This document shows, piece by piece, positions 55,894 through 64,000 of a stretch of 64,000 nucleotides of DNA. The DNA comes from Chthoniobacterales bacterium (lineage in GTDB: Bacteria > Verrucomicrobiota > Verrucomicrobiia > Chthoniobacterales > Chthoniobacteraceae): NCBI GenBank assembly GCA_038207335.1, contig JBBQZX010000001.1, forward strand, positions 288,001 to 352,000, given 5' to 3'. The position numbers and the translations under genes were made by a program. Numbering within the stretch: the stretch's first letter is position 1; each line of letters starts with the position of its first letter. The notes below the pieces were generated by a model. It had not been told where the DNA came from. It saw only the letters and a program-made list of their open reading frames with translations, and did not search any database.

Positions 55894-58800
55894 ATGACCC
55901 GCCTCCACGTCCTCGCGATCTTTGCCCTTCTCCTCCCCCAAGCCCCGGCGCGCGCCGAAAAACCCCCCATCCCCGAGCCTCTGGAGCAGTGGGAAGCGTG
56001 GGCCACTTGGGACTCGCCGCATCGCGACTGCCCCACACCTTACTCCGACCCGAAAAAGCACGTCTGCTTCTGGCCATCGCAGCTCGCGCTCGATGTCCAA
56101 AAGACCGGCGGCAAGTTCGACCTCGGCGTCGAAGTCTTCGCCGAGACATGGGTCCCGCTCCCCGGCAGCGCGGACGCTTGGCCGCTCACCGTCCTGGCGG
56201 ATGGCACCCCCATCGCCGTCGTCGAGCACGGCGGCGTGCCATCGGTGCAGCTCCCGCCCGGCATCCACAAGCTCGCGGGCACCTTCCGCTGGGCCGACCT
56301 CCCGCAGAAGATCTCCGTCCCCCGCGAGATCGGCGTCCTCACTTTAACCCTCGACGCCAAACCCGTGGCCGCACCCGTCTGGGATGCCGCGGGCGCCCTC
56401 TGGCTCCGGCGCGACGGGGCAGGGGAGGAGGCCGACAAGCCCTTCCTTCAGGTGAAAGCCTATGCGCTCCTCGAAGATGGCATCCCGCTCTGGCTGCGCA
56501 CCGAGGTCGAGCTGATCGTCTCCGGCAAGAGCCGCGAGGAAGACCTCGGCACCATCCTCCCCGCCGGCTGGCGGCTCGCAGCCGTCGAGAGTCCCATCCC
56601 GGTCGCCATCGACGCCGCCGGGCACATGAAGGCGCAGGTCCGCGCGGGAAAATGGACCGTCCATCTCGATGCCTTCCGCCTCGACAACCCGACCGACTTC
56701 CGCTTCGCCGAAGGCGCAAAGCCCGCAGTCCCCGAGGAGCTCCTCGCCTTCCGCTCCCGGCCAGATTTTCGCATGGTCGAGATCACCGGCGCGCCGTCCA
56801 TCGATGTCTCGCAGACCGCCTTCCCCGACAAATGGCGCGAGCTCCCCGTCTATCGATGGGACACTACGCAGCCATTCACCTTCGCCGAGCGGATGCGCGG
56901 CATGGGGGATCAAAAGCCCGCCGGCCTGACCATCAACCGCGAGTGGTGGCTCGACGAAGGCGGCCGCGCGCTCACCTTCCGCGACCGCATCGCCGGCGCG
57001 CAGCAGCAAATCTGGCGACTCGACGCCGCGCCGGGGCAGGACCTCGGCAGCGTGCGCAGCGGCGGCCAGGGCCAGCTCATCACGCTCAATCCCGCGACCG
57101 GCGCGCCCGGCGTGGAAATCCGCACCCGCACCCTTGACCTCGAAGCCACCGGCCGCATGAACCGCGTGCATGGCCTACCCGCCACCGGCTGGAGCGCCGA
57201 CGCCGACGCGCTGAACGTCACGCTCAACCTGCCTCCCGGCTGGCGGCTCTTCGCGCTCTTCGGGGCCGACTGGGTGCGCGGCGACTGGCTCACCGCATGG
57301 TCGCTGCTCGACCTGTTCCTCCTGCTCGTCTTCACCTTCGCCGTCTTCCGGCTCTGGGGCGCCCCCGCCGCCGCGCTGGCCTTCGTCGCCTTCGGCATCG
57401 CCTACCACGAGCCCGGAGCGCCCCGCTACCTCTGGCTCGCCCTCCTCGTTCCGCTCGCCCTCCAGCGAGTCGTCCCCGAGGGCCGCGCCCGCCGTGCGGT
57501 CGTCTTTCTAAAGTGGGCAGTCGTCCTGTGCTTCGTGCTCGTGCTGGTGCCCTTCGTCGCGCAACAAGTGCAGCAAACGCTGTATCCGCAGTTGGAGGTG
57601 GTGAATACGCGCGGGGGTATCCTCGGAAGACCGGTGTTTGCGACCACGAACGAAATGGAGTGGGCTGCGCAAGCGGGAGCGGTGCGCAACTTCGACAACG
57701 GCGTCGTGGAGAACGCGCCAGCGCAAGCTCCCTCCGCACCTGCCCCGCCCCCGCCGCAGGAAAGTCGCGTCGCCGGATACGCCACCTCCGCGCTCAGCCT
57801 CGGCCTCGCCTCCACCGCCCCTTCGCGAAAAGCGAGCACCATGCAGAACGCCAACTTCCAATACGACACCAAAGCCCGCATCCAGACCGGCCCCGGCGTG
57901 CCTGATTGGAACTGGCGCACCGTCTCCTTCGGCTGGAATGGCCCCGTCGCCGCCACCCAGACCATCCGCCCCATCCTCATCCCCCTTGCCGTCGAGCGCG
58001 GCCTCGCCCTCCTCCGCGTCGCCCTCCTCCTTGCCCTCGCCGCCATCCTCCTCGGCGCGCGCAAACTCCGCACCCCCCGCGTCCCTGCCGTCCCCGCTGC
58101 CGCCGCCGTCGTCGTCGCGCTCCTCACCTTCACCCAGAGCACCCGCGCCCAAGCCCCCGACCAGCCCACTCTCGACAAACTCCGCGAGCGCCTCCTCGCG
58201 CCCTCCGACGCCTACCCCACCGCCGCCGACATCCCCACCGTCGCCCTTACCATCGCCGAGCGCCGCATCACCATCGACGCCGAGATTCACACCGCCATCC
58301 GCACCGCCGTCGCCCTCCCCGGCCGCCTCCCCGCGTGGTCGCCCGTCGCCGTGCTCATCGACGACCAGCCCGCCTCCGCACTCCGTCGCGACGACGGCTA
58401 CCTCTGGGTCGTCCTCGCCCCCGGCGTCCATCGTGTGAAAATCACCGGCCTCCTCGCGCCCGGCACCGAGTGGGAGTGGACCTTCCTCCTGCGTCCCCGT
58501 CTCGTCACCATCGACGCCCCCGGCTGGACCGTCACCGGCGTCCGCCCCGACGGCATCCCCGAGCAGCAAGTCTTCTTCGCCCAAAAACAACAGACCACCG
58601 GCGCCGAGGCCAGCTACGACCGCCAGGACCTCGCCACCATCGCCACCATCGACCGCACCCTCGAGCTCGGCCTCCTCTGGCAGGTCCGCACCACCGTCAC
58701 CCGCCTCTCCCCCCCCGGCAAAGCCGTCTCCCTCCGCGTCCCCCTCCTCCCCGGCGAAAACGTCCTCACCTCCGCCGCCACAGTCCGCGACGGCGCCATC

Positions 58801-60123
58801 GACATCCGCCTCGGCGCGCAGGACACCACCTTCACTTGGGAAAGCCGCCTCCCCATCACCTCAACCCTCCAGCTCGCCACCCGCCCCACCGACACCTGGG
58901 TCGAGCGCTGGCACCTCGTCACGTCACCCGTCTGGAACGTCACCCTCGCCGGCCTCCCCCCCACCTTCGAGCCCACCGGCGCCGACCTCATCCCCCTCTG
59001 GCAGCCCTGGCCCGGCGAAACCGTCACCCTTACCCTCAGCCGCCCCGAAGCCATCCCCGGCGCCACCGTCACCGTCAGCCGCGGCACCCACACCATCACC
59101 CTCGGCCAGCGCCAGCGCACCTCCCAGCTCGACGTCGCGCTCCGCTGCTCGCTTGGCGAGGACTTCCTCATCGACCTCCCCGCCGATGCCGACATCACCG
59201 CCCTCACCCTCGACACCAAAGCCCTCCCCGTCCGCAACGACGGCACCCGCCTCATCGTCCCCCTCCATCCCGGCGAGCAGCAGCTCTCCCTCTCGTGGAA
59301 AAGCAACACCTCCCTCGCATTCCGAGCCACCGGCGAAGCCGTGAGCCTCCCCGTCGAAAGCGCCAACATCACCACCACCATCCAGCTCCCCGACGACCGC
59401 TGGCTCCTCTGGGCCCACGGCCCCCTCCGCGGCCCCGCCGTCCGCTTCTGGAGCATCCTCATCACCTCCCTCCTCATCGCCGCCGCCCTCGCCCGAGTCC
59501 GCCTCCCCGCCCGCACCCTCGGAGTCGCCAGCACCGCCCCCGGCGCCTCCAGGCTCGACCTTGCCCCCACGCACCCACCCCTCCGCCTCATCGACTGGCT
59601 CCTTCTAGCCATCGGCCTCACCCAAGTCCCCCTCCCATGCGCCGTCCTCGTCGTCGCCTGGCTCTTCCTCCTCGCCTGCCGCGGCCGATATTCCGGTGAA
59701 AATCTCACCCGCCATCGCTTCAACGCCTTCCAAGTCATCCTCGCCGCCCTCACCGCCGCCGCCCTCATCATCCTCATCACCGCCGTCGGCGAAGGCCTCC
59801 TTGGCCAGCCCGACATGTTCGTCATCGGCAACGCCTCCAGCCGCAGCACGCTCAACTGGTATCAGGCCCGCAGCCCCATGCTCCTGCCGAGACCCGAAAT
59901 CTTCAGCGTCACCATCTGGGCCTACCGCTTCCTCATGCTCCTGTGGGCGCTCTGGCTCGCCGCCGCCCTCATCCGCTGGCTCCGTTGGGGCTGGGCCCAA
60001 TATTCCGCCACCGCCCTCTGGCGCACCCGCCCCCCGACAACGCCCCCCCTCCCCAAGAACCCGCCCATTTTCCCCGCACCACCCGCCCCCGCCGGCCCCG
60101 CAGCCCCGAACGCTCAATACTGA
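55894..60123 (+). CDS. Large hypothetical multi-pass membrane protein with internal duplication
   Basis: Signal peptide; two beta-rich soluble regions each followed by a TM cluster; coherent codon usage. Confidence 0.85.
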   Translation: MTRLHVLAIFALLLPQAPARAEKPPIPEPLEQWEAWATWDSPHRDCPTPYSDPKKHVCFWPSQLALDVQKTGGKFDLGVEVFAETWVPLPGSADAWPLTVLADGTPIAVVEHGGVPSVQLPPGIHKLAGTFRWADLPQKISVPREIGVLTLTLDAKPVAAPVWDAAGALWLRRDGAGEEADKPFLQVKAYALLEDGIPLWLRTEVELIVSGKSREEDLGTILPAGWRLAAVESPIPVAIDAAGHMKAQVRAGKWTVHLDAFRLDNPTDFRFAEGAKPAVPEELLAFRSRPDFRMVEITGAPSIDVSQTAFPDKWRELPVYRWDTTQPFTFAERMRGMGDQKPAGLTINREWWLDEGGRALTFRDRIAGAQQQIWRLDAAPGQDLGSVRSGGQGQLITLNPATGAPGVEIRTRTLDLEATGRMNRVHGLPATGWSADADALNVTLNLPPGWRLFALFGADWVRGDWLTAWSLLDLFLLLVFTFAVFRLWGAPAAALAFVAFGIAYHEPGAPRYLWLALLVPLALQRVVPEGRARRAVVFLKWAVVLCFVLVLVPFVAQQVQQTLYPQLEVVNTRGGILGRPVFATTNEMEWAAQAGAVRNFDNGVVENAPAQAPSAPAPPPPQESRVAGYATSALSLGLASTAPSRKASTMQNANFQYDTKARIQTGPGVPDWNWRTVSFGWNGPVAATQTIRPILIPLAVERGLALLRVALLLALAAILLGARKLRTPRVPAVPAAAAVVVALLTFTQSTRAQAPDQPTLDKLRERLLAPSDAYPTAADIPTVALTIAERRITIDAEIHTAIRTAVALPGRLPAWSPVAVLIDDQPASALRRDDGYLWVVLAPGVHRVKITGLLAPGTEWEWTFLLRPRLVTIDAPGWTVTGVRPDGIPEQQVFFAQKQQTTGAEASYDRQDLATIATIDRTLELGLLWQVRTTVTRLSPPGKAVSLRVPLLPGENVLTSAATVRDGAIDIRLGAQDTTFTWESRLPITSTLQLATRPTDTWVERWHLVTSPVWNVTLAGLPPTFEPTGADLIPLWQPWPGETVTLTLSRPEAIPGATVTVSRGTHTITLGQRQRTSQLDVALRCSLGEDFLIDLPADADITALTLDTKALPVRNDGTRLIVPLHPGEQQLSLSWKSNTSLAFRATGEAVSLPVESANITTTIQLPDDRWLLWAHGPLRGPAVRFWSILITSLLIAAALARVRLPARTLGVASTAPGASRLDLAPTHPPLRLIDWLLLAIGLTQVPLPCAVLVVAWLFLLACRGRYSGENLTRHRFNAFQVILAALTAAALIILITAVGEGLLGQPDMFVIGNASSRSTLNWYQARSPMLLPRPEIFSVTIWAYRFLMLLWALWLAAALIRWLRWGWAQYSATALWRTRPPTTPPLPKNPPIFPAPPAPAGPAAPNAQY

Positions 60124-60127
60124 GTAG

Positions 60128-60337
60128 GTCGGTCAGGCGCCAGAGAAAGTCGGTCAGTCGCCAGAGAAGGTCGATCAGGCACGAGAGTTGGCCGGTCCGT
60201 TAGCCGAGGATGTCGGTCAGTCGTAAAAGTTGGTCGATCAGGCACAAAAAAAAGCCGGTCGGGCACCCGAGGAGGTCGATCGGTCAGACGAAGAGGCTGA
60301 TCGCGCGCAAGAAGAGGCCGGTCAGGCAGCCCTAGAT
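60128..60337. repeat. Degenerate tandem array of 10 units of exactly 21 bp
   Basis: GYCGRTC-type cores at 60128, 60149, 60170, 60191, 60212, 60233, 60254, 60275, 60296 and 60317. Confidence 0.9.
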
Positions 60338-60454
60338 CAGAGTAAAGCCGCCAGATGCGCCAAAACGCCCCACCTTTCTCCAAATCCACACGCCCGACCC
60401 GCCTCCCCGCCCCACCTAAACTTGCACAAGCGCGACCGAACGCTCTTAGTCACC

Positions 60455-60893
60455 GTGGAATACGCACAATCCATCGGACAAATCACGGCTGCATTTGCCG
60501 AAGTGCCCCCTCCCGCTGACGGAACGATCGTCTGCCACGACTACCATGAGTGCCGCGCCCTCCGCGATGACGTCCGCGGCCACACACCGGACGAACTTTC
60601 CGACGAATGGATCGAAAAGAGCTTAGACCAGCTCCCATTGCTCTCCGACTAGGCCAAGCAATACTACCTCCCCGCATACCTGCGCGTCGGCGCTCTCAAT
60701 CGCGACTCCAACGTCGCTGCGTTTGTCCTATTCATGCTCTCCGATTTGTTCCGAATGGATCCGAGTGGGTGGCTATACTAAGCCTCAGAAGCAGGCCATC
60801 AGCGATCACCTCGCCTTCGTAGAGCCTCAACGGGGAAGAATGGGACCTCGAAGACATCGCAAAAGCGCGATCCTTATGGCAACCAACCCCTAG
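60455..60893 (+). pseudogene. Decayed gene (DUF6714-like), with an in-frame TAG and probable frameshifts
   Basis: MEYAQSIGQITAAFAEVPPP...LPLLSD*AKQYYLPAYL reads through TAG at 60650. Plausible C-terminal pieces (YTKPQKQAISDHLAF; EEWDLEDIAKARSLW) require frame changes. Confidence 0.65.
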
Positions 60894-61020
60894 CCGTCCG
60901 CACCAGCCAGCTACAGCGCCCACGCAGAGTATTTAAGTGTTGAAGCGGCACTTCCCCTCGTCTCTGCTCCTTCTCGGCCCTCCGGTGAACTCCTGTGGGG
61001 CTGGCGGTTGGTTCCCCTTT

Positions 61021-64000
61021 ATGAAAACATCCATTGCGGTCCTGATGGCTCTGGCACTTGGTTCGCCGGCTTTCGCGGCCGACTATATCGGCGCGGCGGG
61101 CGTGCTTGAGCAGCTCGCGGCGGCGGCGAAAAGGACGCCCGGCGAGGAAAAAGAAAAGACACCAGCCGAGGCGTGGGCCGCTCGGCTGAAAGACTTCGCC
61201 CGCATTTCACCGACCCTCGAGCCGAAAGACGCCGCAGCTCGGTGGCTCACCCTTTTCGACGAATCGGACGTGCTCGCGGACTTCCGGCGGAGGGAGTACG
61301 ACCCGTCGGACCGCACGCCGGGCATGGCCGATCTCTTCGCCGTGCTGCCGCGCCCGGAGACTTGGGATGCCCTCGCGGCGGCAATCGCGGCGCGTCCCTT
61401 GAATGCAAAGGACGCCGTGCGCGGCAACGCCCTGCGGATGCTCGGCGAGATGCTGAGCGGGGACGTGGCGAAACTTTCGCCCACGATGAAAGACCTCCAG
61501 AAAGCCGCGGTGAGCGAGACGGCGACGGTGCCGATCAACGGCTACCGGACGAACGGCCTCGCCAGCTGGGTCGCCACGCTCACTGAGGATGCGGGCGTGC
61601 TGGGCCACTTGGAGGAGGAAATCGCGCGCTTTGAAAAGGGGGAGATGAGCGGGGGGTTGGAAGTGCCCGACCTTGTCACCCTCATCGGTGCGGAGAAAAG
61701 CGAGGCGCTGTTGAAGCGGCTGCTCAGCCTCGGCAGCGCCGAGCTTTACGTGCCGCTGGGCGATGCCACGCGGGAGCAGGCGGTGCGGCTCGCGACCGCG
61801 ATGGGCGCGGAGCTCAAGCGCCCGCATTGGGGGCTCATCCACGGCATCTCGTCTGCGGAGGTGGCGCTCTACGAGGTTTTCTTGAAGCGCTTCCCGCCGA
61901 CGCCCGACGAGATGACCCGCGACTATCAGCGCTCGCTGGCCGAGCACCTATACCTCTACGGCCTCATCGCCGCGGGGCGCACTGCCGATGCGGCGAAGCT
62001 TGCAATCGAGACCAGCGGACGCAGTGCCGAGCGCACATCGACCTTCTCCGACGTGACTCCCCTCATCAATGCCGGGCTCACATCGCAAGTGCAGGCCTTC
62101 ATGCGCGAGATGCTCTCGAAAGACCCCGGGCTCCCGTTCTGGGGCGAGTTCATCGGACTCTCGGCACGGGCGGGCGACGCACCCGGGGCCCTGGCGTTCT
62201 TGCGCGAGACCGCGGCCCGTCCGGGCCTCTTGCCCGAGGCGCGGGAAGAAGTGGAGTCGCGCCTGTGGGCCGCGCTCCTGGCGGCGGACGACGTGGAACA
62301 AGGCGTGAAAGTCCTTCACGAGGCGCTCGCTGCGAAGATGGCAAAGGCGGCTGCGAAGACCCCGGGAACCGGTCGCGTCCCCGGCCTCCCCGGCCTGGGG
62401 ACTTCCTCGCCCACGGTCGCGGACGAAGCGGCAGATCTCGCGCTGAAGCTCTGCGAACTCGGACGCCTCCTCCAGCGACCCGAGCTGATCGAGGAGGGCC
62501 TAAAGAACGTTAAGACCATCCTCGCGGAAAAAGGCGCGGGAGATTCGGACTCGAACGACGCGTTGGCAAAAACCACGACCCTGCTCCTGAACCTAAACCG
62601 CGGCGACGAAGCGGAAGCGCTCGCCCTCGCCAGCGCGGTCAAAGCCGCGAAAGCCGCGCCCGAGAACCAAACCTTCCGAGGGGCGCAAGACAGATACCTT
62701 TCCAGCCTCCTCACCATCTACCACCGCGCCGGACGCCCCGAGGATGTCGTAAAGCTCCTCACCGACGCGCCCGACTGGGAAGCCCTCGACCTCGCCGACG
62801 TGCTCACACGTTCCGCCGCAGGCGAACAGTCGCTCGGCTACCTCGCCGCCAGCTCCTTCGCCGCCACCGGGCGCAAAGACGAAGCGCGCAAGACCGTCAT
62901 CGCGCTCCTCAGCGTCGAAGGCGGCTTCGACCCCGGCTACGAGCTCCTCCTCCAGCTCGACGGCCAGGCCGCCATGCCCGCCCTCGACCGCCTCGCCGCG
63001 CGCGATCGCTTCGAGGAGCGCCCCCTCATTTGGAAAGCCAAACTCCATCTCGATGCCGGGCAGCTCGAGGACGCCGAGAAAACCATCCGTGCCGCCATCG
63101 CCATCGACCCCAGCGACGGCGAGCAGGGGAAGGGGACCCGCATGCGCGCCTACGCCATCCTCGGCGACATCCTCGAAAAACGCGGCGACCCGGCGCAGGC
63201 CAAAACCGTGCGCGGCGCCGTCGAGGCCATCCGGCTCTCCGAGGATGCCGACGACTGGTGGGAGGCCGGCCTCCTCACCCGCGCCGTGACAATGTACGAA
63301 GCCGCGCTCGGCCACTTCGCCGACGCCTACTGCATCCAGTCCCGCCTCGCCCTGCACTACTCCGAGCTCGGCGACGAGGCAAAAGCCGAGCTCCACTACC
63401 GACGCGCCTACGAGCTCATGCCTGAGAGCTTTGGCCGCGTCGAGAGCCACTGCTTCGGCTGCGAAGGCGTCTTCAATGGCACGCGCGCCCAGAGCATCGC
63501 CGACAAAGTCTTCACCAAGCTCGCCCAGACTATGCCCGACAAGCCCCAAGTCTCCTACCTCCTCGCATACCTCCGCGAAGAACAAGGCAACTACCAGGAA
63601 GCCGCAAAGCTCTACCGCGCCGCCGTAAAGCTCGACCCGCAATACCTCAACGCCTGGGAAAAGCTCCTCGCCCTCGCCTCCCGCATCGCCATCCCGCGCG
63701 CCGACCGCCAAGCCGCCGCCCTTGCGATCCTGCGACTCGACCCTCTCAGCCGCCACGGCGACCACGGATTCTCCGACCTCGGAGTGCGTGGAAAATACGG
63801 CTCCATCACCGACCTCCCTGCCCTCTGGAAAGTCCTCGCCGACACCGCCGCCCTCCGCAGCCCCCCGCGCGTCGAACTCTTCCCACTCACCGCCACCGCC
63901 GCCGACATCGAACGTCGCCGCAAAGCCGCCGCCGCCGCCGGGATGCCCAGCGACCCCTCCGTCTGGACGAACTCCCAATCCCTCCCCCCTGCCACCCCCA
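61021..64000 (+). CDS. Large secreted TPR-repeat protein, 3'-truncated by the window edge (absent from the ORF track)
   Basis: ATG at 61021 MKTSIAVLMALALGSPAFA signal. Frame reads sensibly at the points spot-checked (62041, 63001, 63961). TPR-like segments (AEKTIRAAIAIDP, AAKLYRAAVKLDPQYLNAW) and an HCFGCEG motif. Confidence 0.85.
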   Translation, partial: MKTSIAVLMALALGSPAFAADYIGAAGVLEQLAAAAKRTPGEEKEKTPAEAWAARLKDFARISPTLEPKDAAARWLTLFDESDVLADFRRREYDPSDRTPGMADLFAVLPRPETWDALAAAIAARPLNAKDAVRGNALRMLGEMLSGDVAKLSPTMKDLQKAAVSETATVPINGYRTNGLASWVATLTEDAGVLGHLEEEIARFEKGEMSGGLEVPDLVTLIGAEKSEALLKRLLSLGSAELYVPLGDATREQAVRLATAMGAELKRPHWGLIHGISSAEVALYEVFLKRFPPTPDEMTRDYQRSLAEHLYLYGLIAAGRTADAAKLAIETSGRSAERTSTFSDVTPLINAGLTSQVQAFMREMLSKDPGLPFWGEFIGLSARAGDAPGALAFLRETAARPGLLPEAREEVESRLWAALLAADDVEQGVKVLHEALAAKMAKAAAKTPGTGRVPGLPGLGTSSPTVADEAADLALKLCELGRLLQRPELIEEGLKNVKTILAEKGAGDSDSNDALAKTTTLLLNLNRGDEAEALALASAVKAAKAAPENQTFRGAQDRYLSSLLTIYHRAGRPEDVVKLLTDAPDWEALDLADVLTRSAAGEQSLGYLAASSFAATGRKDEARKTVIALLSVEGGFDPGYELLLQLDGQAAMPALDRLAARDRFEERPLIWKAKLHLDAGQLEDAEKTIRAAIAIDPSDGEQGKGTRMRAYAILGDILEKRGDPAQAKTVRGAVEAIRLSEDADDWWEAGLLTRAVTMYEAALGHFADAYCIQSRLALHYSELGDEAKAELHYRRAYELMPESFGRVESHCFGCEGVFNGTRAQSIADKVFTKLAQTMPDKPQVSYLLAYLREEQGNYQEAAKLYRAAVKLDPQYLNAWEKLLALASRIAIPRADRQAAALAILRLDPLSRHGDHGFSDLGVRGKYGSITDLPALWKVLADTAALRSPPRVELFPLTATAADIERRRKAAAAAGMPSDPSVWTNSQSLPPATP

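Noticed and set aside
60650..60652. TAG recoding (pyrrolysine or alternative genetic code)
   Set aside because: TAG is used as a normal stop by several intact genes here (e.g. corA, mqnA), and the ORF has other lesions.

Overview
High-GC bacterial chromosomal segment, most likely Verrucomicrobiota (Chthoniobacterales-like). That placement is inferred from gene content: RNase HIII, futalosine menaquinone genes, an LpxL-WaaF fusion, a DUF1592/DUF1552 pair, and PEP-CTERM and CotH/lamin-tail exoproteins. Housekeeping genes (rpsT, rpsP-khpA-ffh, corA, mutY, rnhC, HU, mnmA, OppA-like, mqnE/mqnA, treS, nfeD-floA, tRNA-Leu-CAA) are interleaved with very large secreted or membrane proteins. I see no integrase, transposase, phage genes or CRISPR. 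The most unusual signals are non-coding. (1) A saw-tooth local G/C strand skew flips abruptly from C-rich to G-rich on the + strand at about 12.7, 20.5 and 35.4 kb, with weaker resets at about 55.4 and 60.1 kb, independent of gene orientation. (2) Three sequence-unrelated degenerate tandem arrays, all with a 21-bp (or 42-bp) period, sit at three of those points. (3) Two pairs of 14-bp direct repeats spaced 21 bp apart lie in a divergent promoter. Protein-level oddities include a TIR-TM-TPR protein lacking the catalytic Glu, an SGNH esterase with four copies of an unrecognised ~210-aa domain, an internally duplicated 1409-aa membrane protein, a probable divergent NlpC/P60-like protein, a 58-aa lipoprotein absent from the ORF track and a decayed pseudogene. 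All calls come from reading motifs by eye; no searches were run.
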